Origin: Dehalococcoidia bacterium
Lineage (GTDB): Bacteria > Chloroflexota > Dehalococcoidia > Lucifugimonadales > VXLM01
Length of the DNA stretch: 64,000 bases
Direction: 5' to 3'
Assembly (NCBI GenBank): GCA_034421575.1
Contig: DAOUKG010000049.1
Coordinates: forward strand, 31,928 to 95,927
A model generated the notes under the pieces. It worked only from the letters and a program-made list of their open reading frames with translations. It had not been told where the DNA came from and did not search any database. The translations under genes were made by a program, and so were the position numbers. This document shows positions 36,782 to 46,426 of this stretch, piece by piece; position 1 is the first letter of the stretch, and each line of letters starts with the position of its first letter.

Positions 36782-37432
36782 GGCTATCAGCACACGTTGA
36801 AGCTCGATCCCGACGTCGGGAACCGTGCCATCGATGCCCTGCGCGAGTTCGGCGACTGGGCGCGCGCAACGTTCATCGACGATATTTCCAGTTCCCTGGA
36901 GATCGGTCTTCCGTTCATCGACCAGCCCGGAGATGAGCTCGACCTGGACTCTCTGCGGGACGAGTTGCTGGAAGAGTACCCGAACGGTTACGACTGGACG
37001 GGCATTTCCAACGTCATGCTCATCCACAGCCCCAACCAGGTGGTCTATGTCTCCATCGACAATCCGGACCACACCAAGCTGGCCCGCGACGTACTACCGC
37101 GCGAGGCATGGCCGTCATACGTAAACGGCTCCCCCAAACTCGTGGGAGACGCCTTCCAGATTCCTATGGACCTCGGCGTCATTGACTCGCCGCGCGCCGT
37201 CGCCCCCGTCCTGTGGTGGGAGGACATCTCGTGGCCTCAGTTCGTCGGCCCTGAGGCAATGTCCGCCCTCTTCAAGATCATGGACCGATGGGACGCCCTC
37301 CAGGTCTGGGCAAGCATCGCGGAGGCTGAATACCGCGCTCGCAGGACGTTCGACGCCCGCGTAGGCGACTGGTCGGACCGCGTCCTCCAAGAGGCCGACG
37401 CCCCAGCCAACAGCGGCGAGACCGCGAATTAG
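36782..37432 (+). CDS. hypothetical protein
   Basis: The coding-like frame is open from 36659. I prefer the GTG at 36782 (AGGAG 10 nt upstream); alternatives are 36659 and 36698. No family recognised. Confidence 0.5.
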   Translation, partial: GYQHTLKLDPDVGNRAIDALREFGDWARATFIDDISSSLEIGLPFIDQPGDELDLDSLRDELLEEYPNGYDWTGISNVMLIHSPNQVVYVSIDNPDHTKLARDVLPREAWPSYVNGSPKLVGDAFQIPMDLGVIDSPRAVAPVLWWEDISWPQFVGPEAMSALFKIMDRWDALQVWASIAEAEYRARRTFDARVGDWSDRVLQEADAPANSGETAN

Positions 37433-38598
37433 CTCCGCGTTCCTCGCCCCAGCCGCTCGTCTTCAGCCTCCAGCCACTCGTAGTACGGACGCGGCATGGG
37501 CTCCGGGTCGCCAAGACCATTCTCTCGACGCCATCGCAGCAATGGATGGTCCCGTTCCGCCTGTGGGAGGTCGACCGGACGCCCATAGGCAGCCGACTCG
37601 AAGATGCCCATGATGATCTCTAGGACGTGCGTGCCTTCGACGCCGCTCGACTCATGGTCGCGTCCCTCGTCCAGTGCGGCGACGAACTCCTCGACGAACC
37701 AGTAGTCGTCCAATGGCCCGCTGCTGCTGGGATCGTAGCTCTCCAAGGTCTCGGCTTCGAGCCGATGCCACCTATCATGCTCTCCGTCCGGCAGTGACTC
37801 CGCACTCTCCAACAGCCACGCGCCCTCTGTTGTATTGAAAAGAGCGCGCCCCTCCGTGCCGAGGATTTCCAGGACGTGCCCCGCCTTGTCCACGACCGGC
37901 ATCCTGTGCTGCAAGAGCGTGGCCGTCACGCCATCGTCGAACTCCATGTGCGCGCTTATCGACTCACCGGCCAGCGTTCCCATCCCGCTGGGAGACGGCA
38001 CCACGTCTTCCGGGGCTATGGGACGCCCGTCCGTCCTCGCCGTCGCGTACACCCTGCGACAGAGCCCCGTGATCTTCATCATCGAGTTCAGCGAGTGAGT
38101 TCCGATGTTCAGCAGCCCGTACCCGCCGTAGTACCCCTTGCCGCTGCTGTTGACGTGTCGTACCCTGCCGATGCGCCCGTCTGCTATCACCCGTTGAATC
38201 GCCCGCATGGCCCCTCCCGACCGCGACTGGTGGTGCACCGCGACCCGAACGTCCTTCTCGGACGCCTTCGCCAGCACGTCGTCGGCTTGGTACAGCTCGA
38301 CGCAGATGGGCTTCTCCACCTCTATATGGACTCCGTGCTCCAGCACGCGCATGGAGAGTGGATAGTGAAACTCCGTGCCCGTCGGTATCGCGACGATGTC
38401 CGGCTTCGTTTCCACGATCATCGCATCGAGGTCGTCGTACCTCGCCGAGACGCCAAGCTCGTCGCCAAGGGAGTCGACGCGCTCCTGTACCAAGTCGCAG
38501 AGGCCGACCACCTCCGTACGCGGGTGGGCGTGATAGGCCCGTCCCGCCGTGCCGCCCCGTCCCCGGCACCCGAGAATGGCCACCCTGTACGTTTTCAT
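37429..38598 (-). CDS. Gfo/Idh/MocA family oxidoreductase
   Basis: MKTYRVAILGCRGRGGTAGRAYHAHPRTEVVGLCD Rossmann N-terminus and the EKP motif (HIEVEKPI). Confidence 0.9.
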   Translation of the reverse strand: MKTYRVAILGCRGRGGTAGRAYHAHPRTEVVGLCDLVQERVDSLGDELGVSARYDDLDAMIVETKPDIVAIPTGTEFHYPLSMRVLEHGVHIEVEKPICVELYQADDVLAKASEKDVRVAVHHQSRSGGAMRAIQRVIADGRIGRVRHVNSSGKGYYGGYGLLNIGTHSLNSMMKITGLCRRVYATARTDGRPIAPEDVVPSPSGMGTLAGESISAHMEFDDGVTATLLQHRMPVVDKAGHVLEILGTEGRALFNTTEGAWLLESAESLPDGEHDRWHRLEAETLESYDPSSSGPLDDYWFVEEFVAALDEGRDHESSGVEGTHVLEIIMGIFESAAYGRPVDLPQAERDHPLLRWRRENGLGDPEPMPRPYYEWLEAEDERLGRGTRS

Positions 38599-38759
38599 CG
38601 GTCAGGCCCCCTGCGTGGTTTCCGGCAGATTATACGCCAAAGGTGCGCGGGGCATGTGCTACCGCATATTTCTCTGCGGAACCCTGCGGTGCAGGGACGG
38701 TCGATCACGACTATTGTAGGGCGACGTGTTTAATACGGACACTCAAACGTGTTAGAATT

Positions 38760-38957
38760 ATGCACCTATTGGAGACACGGGCACATTGGATTCGTCAAAG
38801 GTTGGAGCGGGACGGTTGGTACCTGCGCCGCCACGGAGCCAGCCACGATATCTACGCACATCCACAAATATTGGGCATCGTGACGTTGCCGCGACATCGA
38901 ACGGTCAAGCCTGGAGTAGCTCGGTCCATCGCAAAGAAAGCAGGCTGGGAGGAATGA
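38760..38957 (+). CDS. hicA: type II toxin HicA (mRNA interferase)
   Basis: RLERDGWYLRRHGASHDIYAHPQILGIVTLPRHRTVKPGVARSIAKKAG matches the HicA/YcfA pattern. Its stop overlaps the hicB start (ATGA). Confidence 0.8.
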   Translation: MHLLETRAHWIRQRLERDGWYLRRHGASHDIYAHPQILGIVTLPRHRTVKPGVARSIAKKAGWEE

Positions 38958-39346
38958 TGAGATATCCGGCGCTTATCGAAGGCGGAGGCCAGGATTACGG
39001 CGTGGTGTTCCCCGATCTTCCTGGAATCGTGGCAATGGGGGATACCTTGGATGAGGCCATTCGCAACGCGGAAGAAGCCCTCCAAGACTATGCTATCGAG
39101 GCATCGAGGGACGGTTTATCACTTACGCCTCCCAGCGCGTTGGAAGACGTGAAAGTCCCACCGGGCTGCGCTTTGACATCCATTCTCCTCGTCCGCACCT
39201 CACCCGATCGTAGGAGCGTACGTCTCAATCTAACGCTGGACGCAGGCATAGCCGATACCATCGCCTCTGAAGCTCGGCGTCGCGGCATTACGCGCAAGAG
39301 CTATCTGGAGTGGATCGTGCGCCGCACAGCCCAGATGGGCGGGTGA
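38954..39346 (+). CDS. hicB: type II antitoxin HicB
   Basis: YPALIEGGGQDYGVVFPDLPGIVAMGDTLDEAIRNAEEAL is the HicB N-domain. The C-terminus is RHH-like (RLNLTLDAGIADTIASEARRRGITRKSYLEWIV). Confidence 0.8.
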   Translation: MMRYPALIEGGGQDYGVVFPDLPGIVAMGDTLDEAIRNAEEALQDYAIEASRDGLSLTPPSALEDVKVPPGCALTSILLVRTSPDRRSVRLNLTLDAGIADTIASEARRRGITRKSYLEWIVRRTAQMGG

Positions 39347-39357
39347 ATGGTCTGTAA

Positions 39358-39684
39358 ATGGGCAGTCCGTTCAGACCGTGGAAACTGATCCAGCGCAGTA
39401 TTCACCTCTCTTATGAAACGGACCTTCCCAATAAAATGACTGTTGTCCGAAATGTTCCACTCCTCTACGCAGGTCTTGCCGTAGCACTGGCAGTTGGGCC
39501 GGTGTTGTGGTCCGGCGTTCGATTTCTCCAAAAAAGGGAGGGTGGAGGAAGCATTATTGCAAACGACGGATGGGGCGACCTTCCCTTCTTGCTCGTCCCT
39601 GCATTCCTAGCGTTGCTGGGGTTCGTCGCCCTCTTTAAGTGGGAATCACAGGACTGGCGTGGGGCGCTTGGACGGTGGCAATAG
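39358..39684 (+). CDS. hypothetical small membrane protein (possibly the 5' part of a frameshifted gene)
   Basis: Hydrophobic helices in a more AT-rich stretch. It overlaps the next ORF in another frame. Confidence 0.35.
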   Translation: MGSPFRPWKLIQRSIHLSYETDLPNKMTVVRNVPLLYAGLAVALAVGPVLWSGVRFLQKREGGGSIIANDGWGDLPFLLVPAFLALLGFVALFKWESQDWRGALGRWQ

Positions 39685-39935
39685 TGTTGCTTTTCGGTAC
39701 CCTCGTCGGTATGGGCGCAGGCCCGTACTTCTGGCCTGCCGCCGCCGCATTCTTTCTCGCGACTTGCGTCCAACAGGGTTCATGGTGGGCAATAGGGTGC
39801 GCATGGCTGATTTCTCTGTTGCTTACGCTCTTCGCTTATAGCATGGCAGGCGCCAGTTCGTACTTCTGGCCTCCGGTGGCGGTACTGGTTCTAGCAACGG
39901 GTACGGTGGGGATATCTCTTGCCAAGAGGCGATAG
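39639..39935 (+). CDS. hypothetical small membrane protein (possibly the 3' part of a frameshifted gene)
   Basis: Three hydrophobic helices and a repeated YFWP motif. Confidence 0.35.
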   Translation: MGITGLAWGAWTVAIVLLFGTLVGMGAGPYFWPAAAAFFLATCVQQGSWWAIGCAWLISLLLTLFAYSMAGASSYFWPPVAVLVLATGTVGISLAKRR

Positions 39936-40026
39936 GACTTCGCTACATCGCCAAATGGCTATGACCATGCAGTAAGGCTCTGCCGGGTTTGGTATCATCA
40001 CTCGACACGTTTCCGAAGGAGCGCCT

Positions 40027-41229
40027 ATGCCGTCCGTCCGAGACCCCATCCGCCCACCTTCCCTCACACCCGCTGAGGCCCGCGAGCTACACTACGAGGC
40101 CCTCGTCATCGACGCGCAGCAGCCGCCCGCCACGTCCGGCTTTCTCTTTAATGACAACATGCGCGCGGCCCTCGCCGCCCTTCATGAGCGGGGCGTCGAC
40201 CGGGGGATAGCAGGCAACCGCATGGCCCGCATGGCCGCCCGCGAGGTGCAGACCAATCCCGAGGCCGTCAAGGACTACGTCGGTCTGTGGAAGACGTCCG
40301 GCGTGACGATCGGAGCGGGCACCTACATCGCGGGAAGCCGCATAGAAGTCGCCTTTGAGTCTGCCGTCAAGCGCATCGCCGAGGCTCGTTCGATGATCGA
40401 CGTGCTCGGCGGCGAGGTTGCCCTCATCCTGAACGCGGACGATATCGAAAGGGTCTACCGCGATGGCAAGCACGGGGTAATCATCGACTTCCAGGATACT
40501 GTGCCATTCGGCACCGACATTGATCGAATCGACCTCTTCTACAATCTCGGCCTGCGCCAAGTCCAGCTTACCTACAACCTCCGCAACCTCGTCGGCGACG
40601 GCTGCACGGAGCACAACCCCAGCGGCATCACGTACTACGGGCGCACCGTCGTGGAGCGTCTCAACGAGCTGAACATGATCGTCGACGTGAGCCACTGCAG
40701 CGAGGCCGTAGGCTGGGACGCCATCGAGCTCTCCACCGCGCCCGTGATCGTCAGCCACTCCAACGCGAAGGCCGTCACCTATCACGACCGCGCCAAGAGC
40801 GACGAGCTAGCGAAGGCCATCGCCGACCAGAACGGCTTCTTCGGCGTCACCATCGTCCCGGGCTTCGTGCAGGACGAGTCGACCGCCGCCACACTCGACC
40901 ACTTCGTCGACCACGTCGTCCATCTCGTCAATGTCATGGGCCTCGACCACGTCGGCATCGGCAACGACAAATGCGGACCGGGCGGACAGACGGGTTCCCT
41001 GATCGAATACCCCGACGACATGCCCGATCTCCCGCACGGAGCGTTCGACTGGAGCGGCTTCCGCCGGGAGCACCGCGTCCACGACGACTACCACAACGTT
41101 GACTACCAGACCTTCGCCGACTGGCCCCTCCTCACCATGGCGCTCGCCAAGCGCGGATTCAACGAGGACGAACTCCGCAAGCTCCTCGGTCTGAACTACC
41201 TGCGCGTGTTCAGGGATATCGTGGGGTAG
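40027..41229 (+). CDS. membrane dipeptidase (peptidase M19 family)
   Basis: QLTYN.RN, VDVSHCSE, VIVSHSNA and HVGIGND blocks are typical of M19 dipeptidases. AAGGAG lies upstream. Confidence 0.85.
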   Translation: MPSVRDPIRPPSLTPAEARELHYEALVIDAQQPPATSGFLFNDNMRAALAALHERGVDRGIAGNRMARMAAREVQTNPEAVKDYVGLWKTSGVTIGAGTYIAGSRIEVAFESAVKRIAEARSMIDVLGGEVALILNADDIERVYRDGKHGVIIDFQDTVPFGTDIDRIDLFYNLGLRQVQLTYNLRNLVGDGCTEHNPSGITYYGRTVVERLNELNMIVDVSHCSEAVGWDAIELSTAPVIVSHSNAKAVTYHDRAKSDELAKAIADQNGFFGVTIVPGFVQDESTAATLDHFVDHVVHLVNVMGLDHVGIGNDKCGPGGQTGSLIEYPDDMPDLPHGAFDWSGFRREHRVHDDYHNVDYQTFADWPLLTMALAKRGFNEDELRKLLGLNYLRVFRDIVG

Positions 41230-41271
41230 AATGAGTATGGGACCCACACAAGGCGAATGTGGAGGCGCGAT

Positions 41272-41445
41272 TTGACTACATACGTACTTACAGCGGAGAT
41301 GGAACAGGACGAGGATGGCCGTTGGAGCGCATGGATCGACTCGCTGCCGGGTTGCGCCGCTTGGGGCCACACCCGCCAAGAAGCCCTTCTCACACTGCAG
41401 GACGCCGCCGATGCGTACATCGAAGATATGGAAGATGCGGGTTAG
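41272..41445 (+). CDS. HicB-like / UPF0150 family antitoxin domain protein (orphan)
   Basis: YVLTAEMEQDEDGRWSAWIDSLPGCAAWGHTRQEALLTLQDAADAYIE. The TTG at 41272 lies 6 nt after GGAGG. Confidence 0.65.
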   Translation: MTTYVLTAEMEQDEDGRWSAWIDSLPGCAAWGHTRQEALLTLQDAADAYIEDMEDAG

Positions 41446-41581
41446 AGGGTTTTTCTAAAGGTGCTGTCGAGCAACATCATTGCGTTCGCCCTGAGTCTGT
41501 CGAAGGGTGGTTCATGGTTCGACAAGCTCACCACGAACGGTTTTCACGGCCCCGGGAAACACCCTCTTAGACACTCGTGAT

Positions 41582-42052
41582 TCAGTCCGCGCCGGCCGTG
41601 ACAGGTTCGCGTTCTCCCAATCGGTTTTCGAGCGCGATGATCCGCGTCCGATGCTCCTCGACGGACTCGTTCAGCGCGTCGAGCGCAGCCCTAGCTGTGG
41701 AGGCTTCGACAAGCAGCCTGACGAGGTGAGAATTCAAGCTGACTCCTTCCCTCGCGGCGTCCCGCGAGAGACGGTAGTGAACCGACTGGGGCAGTCGGAG
41801 CAGAACGCGCCCGCTGAAACCTCGCGCTTCAACCGGTTCGGGCACGGCGTAGCCGTTTGCCAGATGGTCTTCGATCCAAAGCCGCTTGGCCTCGTTCAAG
41901 TTTTCAATGGCCTCTTCGGGAGTGTCGCCATGGGAAACGCAGCCTGGAAGATCGATGATCTCGGCTGCCCAATAACCCCCGTCATCCGATTCATGCGTCA
42001 ACTCCACGGGGTAGTCCAGTCCCAGATAGTATTCCAAAGACTTGCCAGACAC
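41582..42052 (-). CDS. hicB: type II antitoxin HicB
   Basis: YPVELTHESDDGGYWAAEIIDLPGCVSHGDTPEEAIENLNEA plus a C-terminal RHH-like segment (RVLLRLPQSVHYRLSRDAAREGVSLNSHLVRLL). Confidence 0.8.
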   Translation of the reverse strand: MSGKSLEYYLGLDYPVELTHESDDGGYWAAEIIDLPGCVSHGDTPEEAIENLNEAKRLWIEDHLANGYAVPEPVEARGFSGRVLLRLPQSVHYRLSRDAAREGVSLNSHLVRLLVEASTARAALDALNESVEEHRTRIIALENRLGEREPVTAGAD

Positions 42053-42090
42053 CTACCTCCCCCTTTCAGCGAACGACACATAGTTGCGGA

Positions 42091-42330
42091 TCATTTCAAC
42101 GACTCTACTTCTTCGATCTTCCGTATGGCGGTACGCACGTATACCGGACGCACTTCATCACTTTCCACGACAGTGAGCTTTATAGGAGACCCCGGATACC
42201 CAAAGACGCGATGGCTTCCCCTCGACCTCGACAAAACGAAACCGTAACTCTCCAACAGGCTGCGCAGTTCCCGATATGAGACGTTCCGTTGACTGTTCTT
42301 GAGCCTTGCAAGGAGTTTACTGTTTGGCAC
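42091..42330 (-). CDS. hicA: type II toxin HicA
   Basis: YRELRSLLESYGFVLSRSRGSHRVFGYPGSPIKLTV matches the HicA/YcfA pattern. It lies directly upstream of the hicB gene at 41582..42052. Confidence 0.75.
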   Translation of the reverse strand: MPNSKLLARLKNSQRNVSYRELRSLLESYGFVLSRSRGSHRVFGYPGSPIKLTVVESDEVRPVYVRTAIRKIEEVESLK

Positions 42331-42397
42331 GCAGGGCCTGCGATTTTATTAGCATTTTGCCGGAATGATATCACATACGATAGCATCCGTGAACCGG

Positions 42398-42542
42398 GTA
42401 AGTGTTCAGAGTTGGTGAGGGGAACAACCCTCGCCCTCACCCTAGCCCTCTCCCACGACGGGAGAGGGGATTGGATACCCGCTTTCGCGGGTATGACGGT
42501 GGCTGTGTGCGTTGTGCACTTTCACGAAGTCTGAACAGTTAC
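42398..42542. mobile_element. MITE-like element (GTAAGTGTTCAGA ... TCTGAACAGTTAC TIRs) with internal hairpin modules
   Basis: TIRs read directly. The interior contains the CCCTCACCCTAGCCCTCTCCCACGACGGGAGAGGGGAT module and the GGATACCCGCTTTCGCGGGTATGACGG module. Confidence 0.65.
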
Positions 42543-42601
42543 AAATCGGGTTGGAGAGAGAGAACGTTGACCGCCCACCCTCCCGGTGATAGTGTTCGGC
42601 C

Positions 42602-43486
42602 ATGGACGCAGAGGAGATGACCACCAACGCCGCCGACTCCTTCCAGCGTCCGTTCCCGGCCCTAACGCCTGCCCAACGCTACCACTTCGACGTCTTCGGG
42701 TACGTCGTTGTCGAGAACACGCTGACCGCGGAGGAGACTGCAGCGGTGCTCAACGCCCTCCAGAGCCTCAAGCGCGAGTTCGAGGCCACAGGCGACCCGA
42801 CCGGCACGATCATCCGAAACTGCCGCGTGTCCGGCTACTCGCCAACCAACATGCACTTCGCCCACGTGCTCGAGACCGATCCGGCCATTCTTGACTACAT
42901 CACCAACCCCTGCCTCGTCGGCATGGCAGAAGAGGTCGTCGGCGGAGTGGTGCGCCTCTCCGAGTCCGAGGCCATCATCAACCGCCGCGATCCCGACTCC
43001 TACTCCGATCCCGAACCGAAATTCGGCTTCCACTTCGGCACCCGGCCTCCACACGGTACCTACACTGGCAACGGGCTTTTTCACAGCAACATCGTCAAGA
43101 CGCTCACCAACCTCACCGAGCTCGGCCCGGACGACGGCGGAACGGTCGTCATCGCCGGCAGCCACAAGATCGCCCTCCAAATGGAGGACATCGTCGCCTG
43201 CGCCTACGAGGACCGCTCCCTCATCCACCAGGTGGTCGCGCCCGCCGGTTCCAGCGTCCTCTTCGCCGAGTCGCTCATCCACGCAACCGGCCAGATCCGC
43301 AGCGACCGCGAGCGCACCATCATCATCACCGGCTACACCCCGCCGATGTTCAAGGCCGACACCAGCCAGGAGCCCAGCCCCGAGTTCCTTTCTGACCTGC
43401 CGGAGCACATCAGGGACTACCTCATCGGCAGACAGCAATGGTCGTGGACGCCGCGATTTCGGTCCCTGCGTGAGGGGCGGGGGTAG
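42602..43486 (+). CDS. phytanoyl-CoA dioxygenase (PhyH) family Fe(II)/2OG oxygenase
   Basis: QRYHFDVFGYVVVENTLTAEE at the N-terminus, then GGTVVIAGSHK and SVLFAESLIHATG. Confidence 0.8.
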   Translation: MDAEEMTTNAADSFQRPFPALTPAQRYHFDVFGYVVVENTLTAEETAAVLNALQSLKREFEATGDPTGTIIRNCRVSGYSPTNMHFAHVLETDPAILDYITNPCLVGMAEEVVGGVVRLSESEAIINRRDPDSYSDPEPKFGFHFGTRPPHGTYTGNGLFHSNIVKTLTNLTELGPDDGGTVVIAGSHKIALQMEDIVACAYEDRSLIHQVVAPAGSSVLFAESLIHATGQIRSDRERTIIITGYTPPMFKADTSQEPSPEFLSDLPEHIRDYLIGRQQWSWTPRFRSLREGRG

Positions 43487-43611
43487 GGGGATTCGCCAAC
43501 GTTAACGAAGAAGACGCCTAATCATTCAGAGTGTGCAAAGAGGCCAACCTAGCTCCCAGACTGCTCCCGTCATTGAATTCCAAACTCCTTCGAGCGTGGT
43601 AGACTGTAGAT

Positions 43612-43923
43612 ATGAGTATTTCGCTATCTCCAGAAGTTCAGCGTCGTATTGAACGAACATTGAGTGATGGCCGGTACAGTTCGGCAAACGAACTCATGCT
43701 CGACGCACTCGATGCGTTGGAAGGTGCTCACGAGGAGTCGTCGGAGCAGACGGGTCGGTTCGACGCGGAGATTGGCGAGGCCTTGCGAGAGATTGAGCGC
43801 GGCGAATACACGGACTACTCCCAAGAAGAGCTTTCGCGCGTCTTCAAACGTGCTCGGTCCCAAGGCTTAGAACTTCTGGCTGAGACTCATCCGCACAGAA
43901 TTGCCAGTCAAGACCTCACATAA
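43612..43923 (+). CDS. ribbon-helix-helix antitoxin, ParD-like (orphan; no adjacent toxin)
   Basis: MSISLSPEVQRRIERTLSDGRYSSANELMLDALDAL resembles the ParD/COG3609 N-terminus. Confidence 0.6.
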   Translation: MSISLSPEVQRRIERTLSDGRYSSANELMLDALDALEGAHEESSEQTGRFDAEIGEALREIERGEYTDYSQEELSRVFKRARSQGLELLAETHPHRIASQDLT

Positions 43924-43945
43924 CCTGTTGCGAGAACCGCTCCCC

Positions 43946-45139
43946 CTACCCCTCCGCCTGTGACAGCGCATATCCACGCGACTCCGTCACTGACCGCGTC
44001 TGGTCGGCGAGCCCCTCGAACCGGTCTCCTATGCGGAACCAGTCGCCGAGCGGGTTCGGTATGTCCTCCACGACATCGGCGATGACCGCACCGAGCGACC
44101 CGCCGAACTTGAACCCGTGACCGCTTCCGCCCGTGGCTACGATGACCCGCTCCGTGCCTGGGGCGCGGTCGATGATGAAATGGTCGTCGGGCGTGGCGCA
44201 GTACAGGCAGGCGCGAACGTCCACCACGCGGCCTCGTCCCCAATCGGGAATGCGACGCCGCAGGTACTCCAAGGCCTTGTCCCGAAACTCCTGTGATCCC
44301 GCACGGTCGATGTCCGGGTCGACGATCTCGCCAATCCCCTCGATGGCCACCTTCACGAACCCCTCACGGAGCAGGGGGAAGCCGTACCAACCATTCACGT
44401 CGGGATCGTCCGACCACACCGGGAACCGTCCGCGCACGAACTTTTCCGGCTTCTCGACCTCGATGAACATCATCTCGCGGAGGGTCACCAGCAGATTCCT
44501 GCCGACCTCCGGCACGAGCCGTCCGCTCCACACTCCGCCCGCCACGACCACCCGGTCGAACTCATGCGTCTCTCCGTCCGCCACCTGAATCGTGGCCCCA
44601 CTCGCTGACTCGTCGACGGCCCTCACGGGCGACTCCTCCAGTACGACAACGCCGTCCTCGCGGGCAATTCCCGCCATCATGGCCACCGCCCGCTCGCTCT
44701 CGATGTACCCCGCCCAGTCGTCCAGTACGCACACCTCGTCGTCGTCGATGACGAACTGCGGGAAGCGCTTGCGCCCCTCTTCGGCCGTCATGATGGTGAG
44801 GTCGGCCCCTCGGCTCTGGAGATAACGCCAGTTCTCGTACATGCCGCTGCCCGGCTCGAAGCCGCGCATGATCTTCATGCCGCCCGTCTTGTGGTATACC
44901 GACTCGCCCGTTCGCCGCTCCCATGCCCGCCACTGCGCCGCCGCTCGCTCAACGAGCTCCACGTACGGCCCGCCGTCTCCATACCACGTTCGCCGTATGC
45001 CCTTCGCCACGTCAGTAGATGTCGCGTTCTCGTAGGGCACCTTCCCCTGATCGAAGACCGTCACGTCATGTCCGCGCTCGCGCAGATCGATCGCCGCCGC
45101 AAGCCCGAACACCCCTCCGCCGATGATTCCAACGTTCAT
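43946..45139 (-). CDS. FAD-dependent oxidoreductase (DAO/sarcosine oxidase-like)
   Basis: MNVGIIGGGVFGLAAAIDLRERGHDVTVFD dinucleotide-binding motif. 397 aa. Confidence 0.85.
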   Translation of the reverse strand: MNVGIIGGGVFGLAAAIDLRERGHDVTVFDQGKVPYENATSTDVAKGIRRTWYGDGGPYVELVERAAAQWRAWERRTGESVYHKTGGMKIMRGFEPGSGMYENWRYLQSRGADLTIMTAEEGRKRFPQFVIDDDEVCVLDDWAGYIESERAVAMMAGIAREDGVVVLEESPVRAVDESASGATIQVADGETHEFDRVVVAGGVWSGRLVPEVGRNLLVTLREMMFIEVEKPEKFVRGRFPVWSDDPDVNGWYGFPLLREGFVKVAIEGIGEIVDPDIDRAGSQEFRDKALEYLRRRIPDWGRGRVVDVRACLYCATPDDHFIIDRAPGTERVIVATGGSGHGFKFGGSLGAVIADVVEDIPNPLGDWFRIGDRFEGLADQTRSVTESRGYALSQAEG

Positions 45140-45263
45140 AGCCGATCACCTGTAGCACACGTTGATCTGGCAGGCAGTGTACACCACCTATGAGGGGGGT
45201 TTCCGAAACGGTCCCGCGACAGCCATATAGGGCAGGACAAAAGGGTAGGGTTAACGGAGGCTC

Positions 45264-46121
45264 TTACGAAGCCACGTACCTGTCGACGAACCCCTGCGGG
45301 AATCCCGCCACCTTGTCGAGTACGTACTCCGGCGCAACCTCACCGCGCTGTGCGGGCGGGTAGGCCGCCTCGAACATGAAGTACCCCTGGTAGTCGATGT
45401 CCTTGAAGGCGTCGAACACTCCCGCCCACGCGAGTTCGCCGTCCAGCGGTGAGAAGTGGTCGCGGTCGACCCAGTCGTGGAGGTGCAGGTGGAACAGCCG
45501 GTTGCCGCACTGCACCATCGTCTCGCGGGCGCGCTCGACTTTGATGAACGGGTTGACCTCGTCGTCGTCCCGCGTGTGTCCGACATCCACCACCATCCCG
45601 AACCGGTCCGACCCGACCTTGTCCACGAAGGCAGTGTAGTCCGCAAGGTCCTGCCCGTTCTCGATGGTCAGCTTGATCGACGTGCCTTCAAGCTGATCGA
45701 GCATCTCATGAATGCTCTTCTCCGACGGCTCCTCCGGCCGGAAGTGGCACACCATGACCCCGGCTCCCAGTTCTTCTGAGTTCTTCGCCGCCGCCACGCC
45801 TTCCTGCACGGCCTTCTTGCGGTTGTCCTCATCGTCGGAGTTGAACAGATAGCCGGGACAGTGCGTGGAAACTATCTTTATCCCCGCGCTCTCGCACTCC
45901 GCCCGGAGCCACGACGTGTACTTCGAGTCTGCGACGTCCAAGTGGCCAGGATTGCCGAGGCCGCATACCTCGATGTAGCGGATGCCCCGCTCGGCTATCA
46001 TCCCGATATCCTGCGACTGCAGCAGCCGGTCGCGCTCGAACACGATGGTTGAGGTACCCAGCCGCTCCGCGATCTCGTCCGATGTCCAGCCGTACGCCGA
46101 CATGCCGTTAGATTCAGTCAT
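45264..46121 (-). CDS. sugar phosphate isomerase/epimerase (xylose isomerase-like TIM barrel)
   Basis: IRYIEVCG..., KIVSTHCP, LTIENG and LHLHD metal-site blocks. Confidence 0.85.
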   Translation of the reverse strand: MTESNGMSAYGWTSDEIAERLGTSTIVFERDRLLQSQDIGMIAERGIRYIEVCGLGNPGHLDVADSKYTSWLRAECESAGIKIVSTHCPGYLFNSDDEDNRKKAVQEGVAAAKNSEELGAGVMVCHFRPEEPSEKSIHEMLDQLEGTSIKLTIENGQDLADYTAFVDKVGSDRFGMVVDVGHTRDDDEVNPFIKVERARETMVQCGNRLFHLHLHDWVDRDHFSPLDGELAWAGVFDAFKDIDYQGYFMFEAAYPPAQRGEVAPEYVLDKVAGFPQGFVDRYVAS

Positions 46122-46426
46122 TGGAGCTCTCCTCGGAGACGGATTCGGCGGCCAGAAATGGCCACGCCGTCAGGTACCGTACTTCGGCTCAAAGGCGGTG
46201 TCAACAAGCAACGGAGACGTAGACCCCGCACTACGCAGCGTTAGCCAAGCGTTATGCTCCGCGCATCCTTCGACAAGCTCAGAGTCTGTTCCGTACTGGA
46301 TACGGGGCCGAACGGGGCCACGCAGGGGATTGTCAGTAACTGCCTTGAACACGACCTCTTTTCCCTCTGCGTTCTCAGCGGTGACCTGTCCTGAGCAGTT
46401 ACTTGAAAGCCCGTCGAAGGGCTACC

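Noticed and set aside
38700-38760. Direct repeat ACGTGTT...ACGTGTT and TAGAAT box upstream of hicA, considered as a HicB operator/promoter
   Set aside because: The -10-like box abuts the ATG, which leaves no room for a normal 5' UTR. The repeat is short enough to occur by chance, so I did not report it as a feature.
38358-38957. 199-aa ORF upstream of hicB
   Set aside because: Only the last 65 codons (from ATG 38760) resemble HicA. The upstream part is Arg/Pro-rich and is antisense to the Gfo/Idh/MocA gene.
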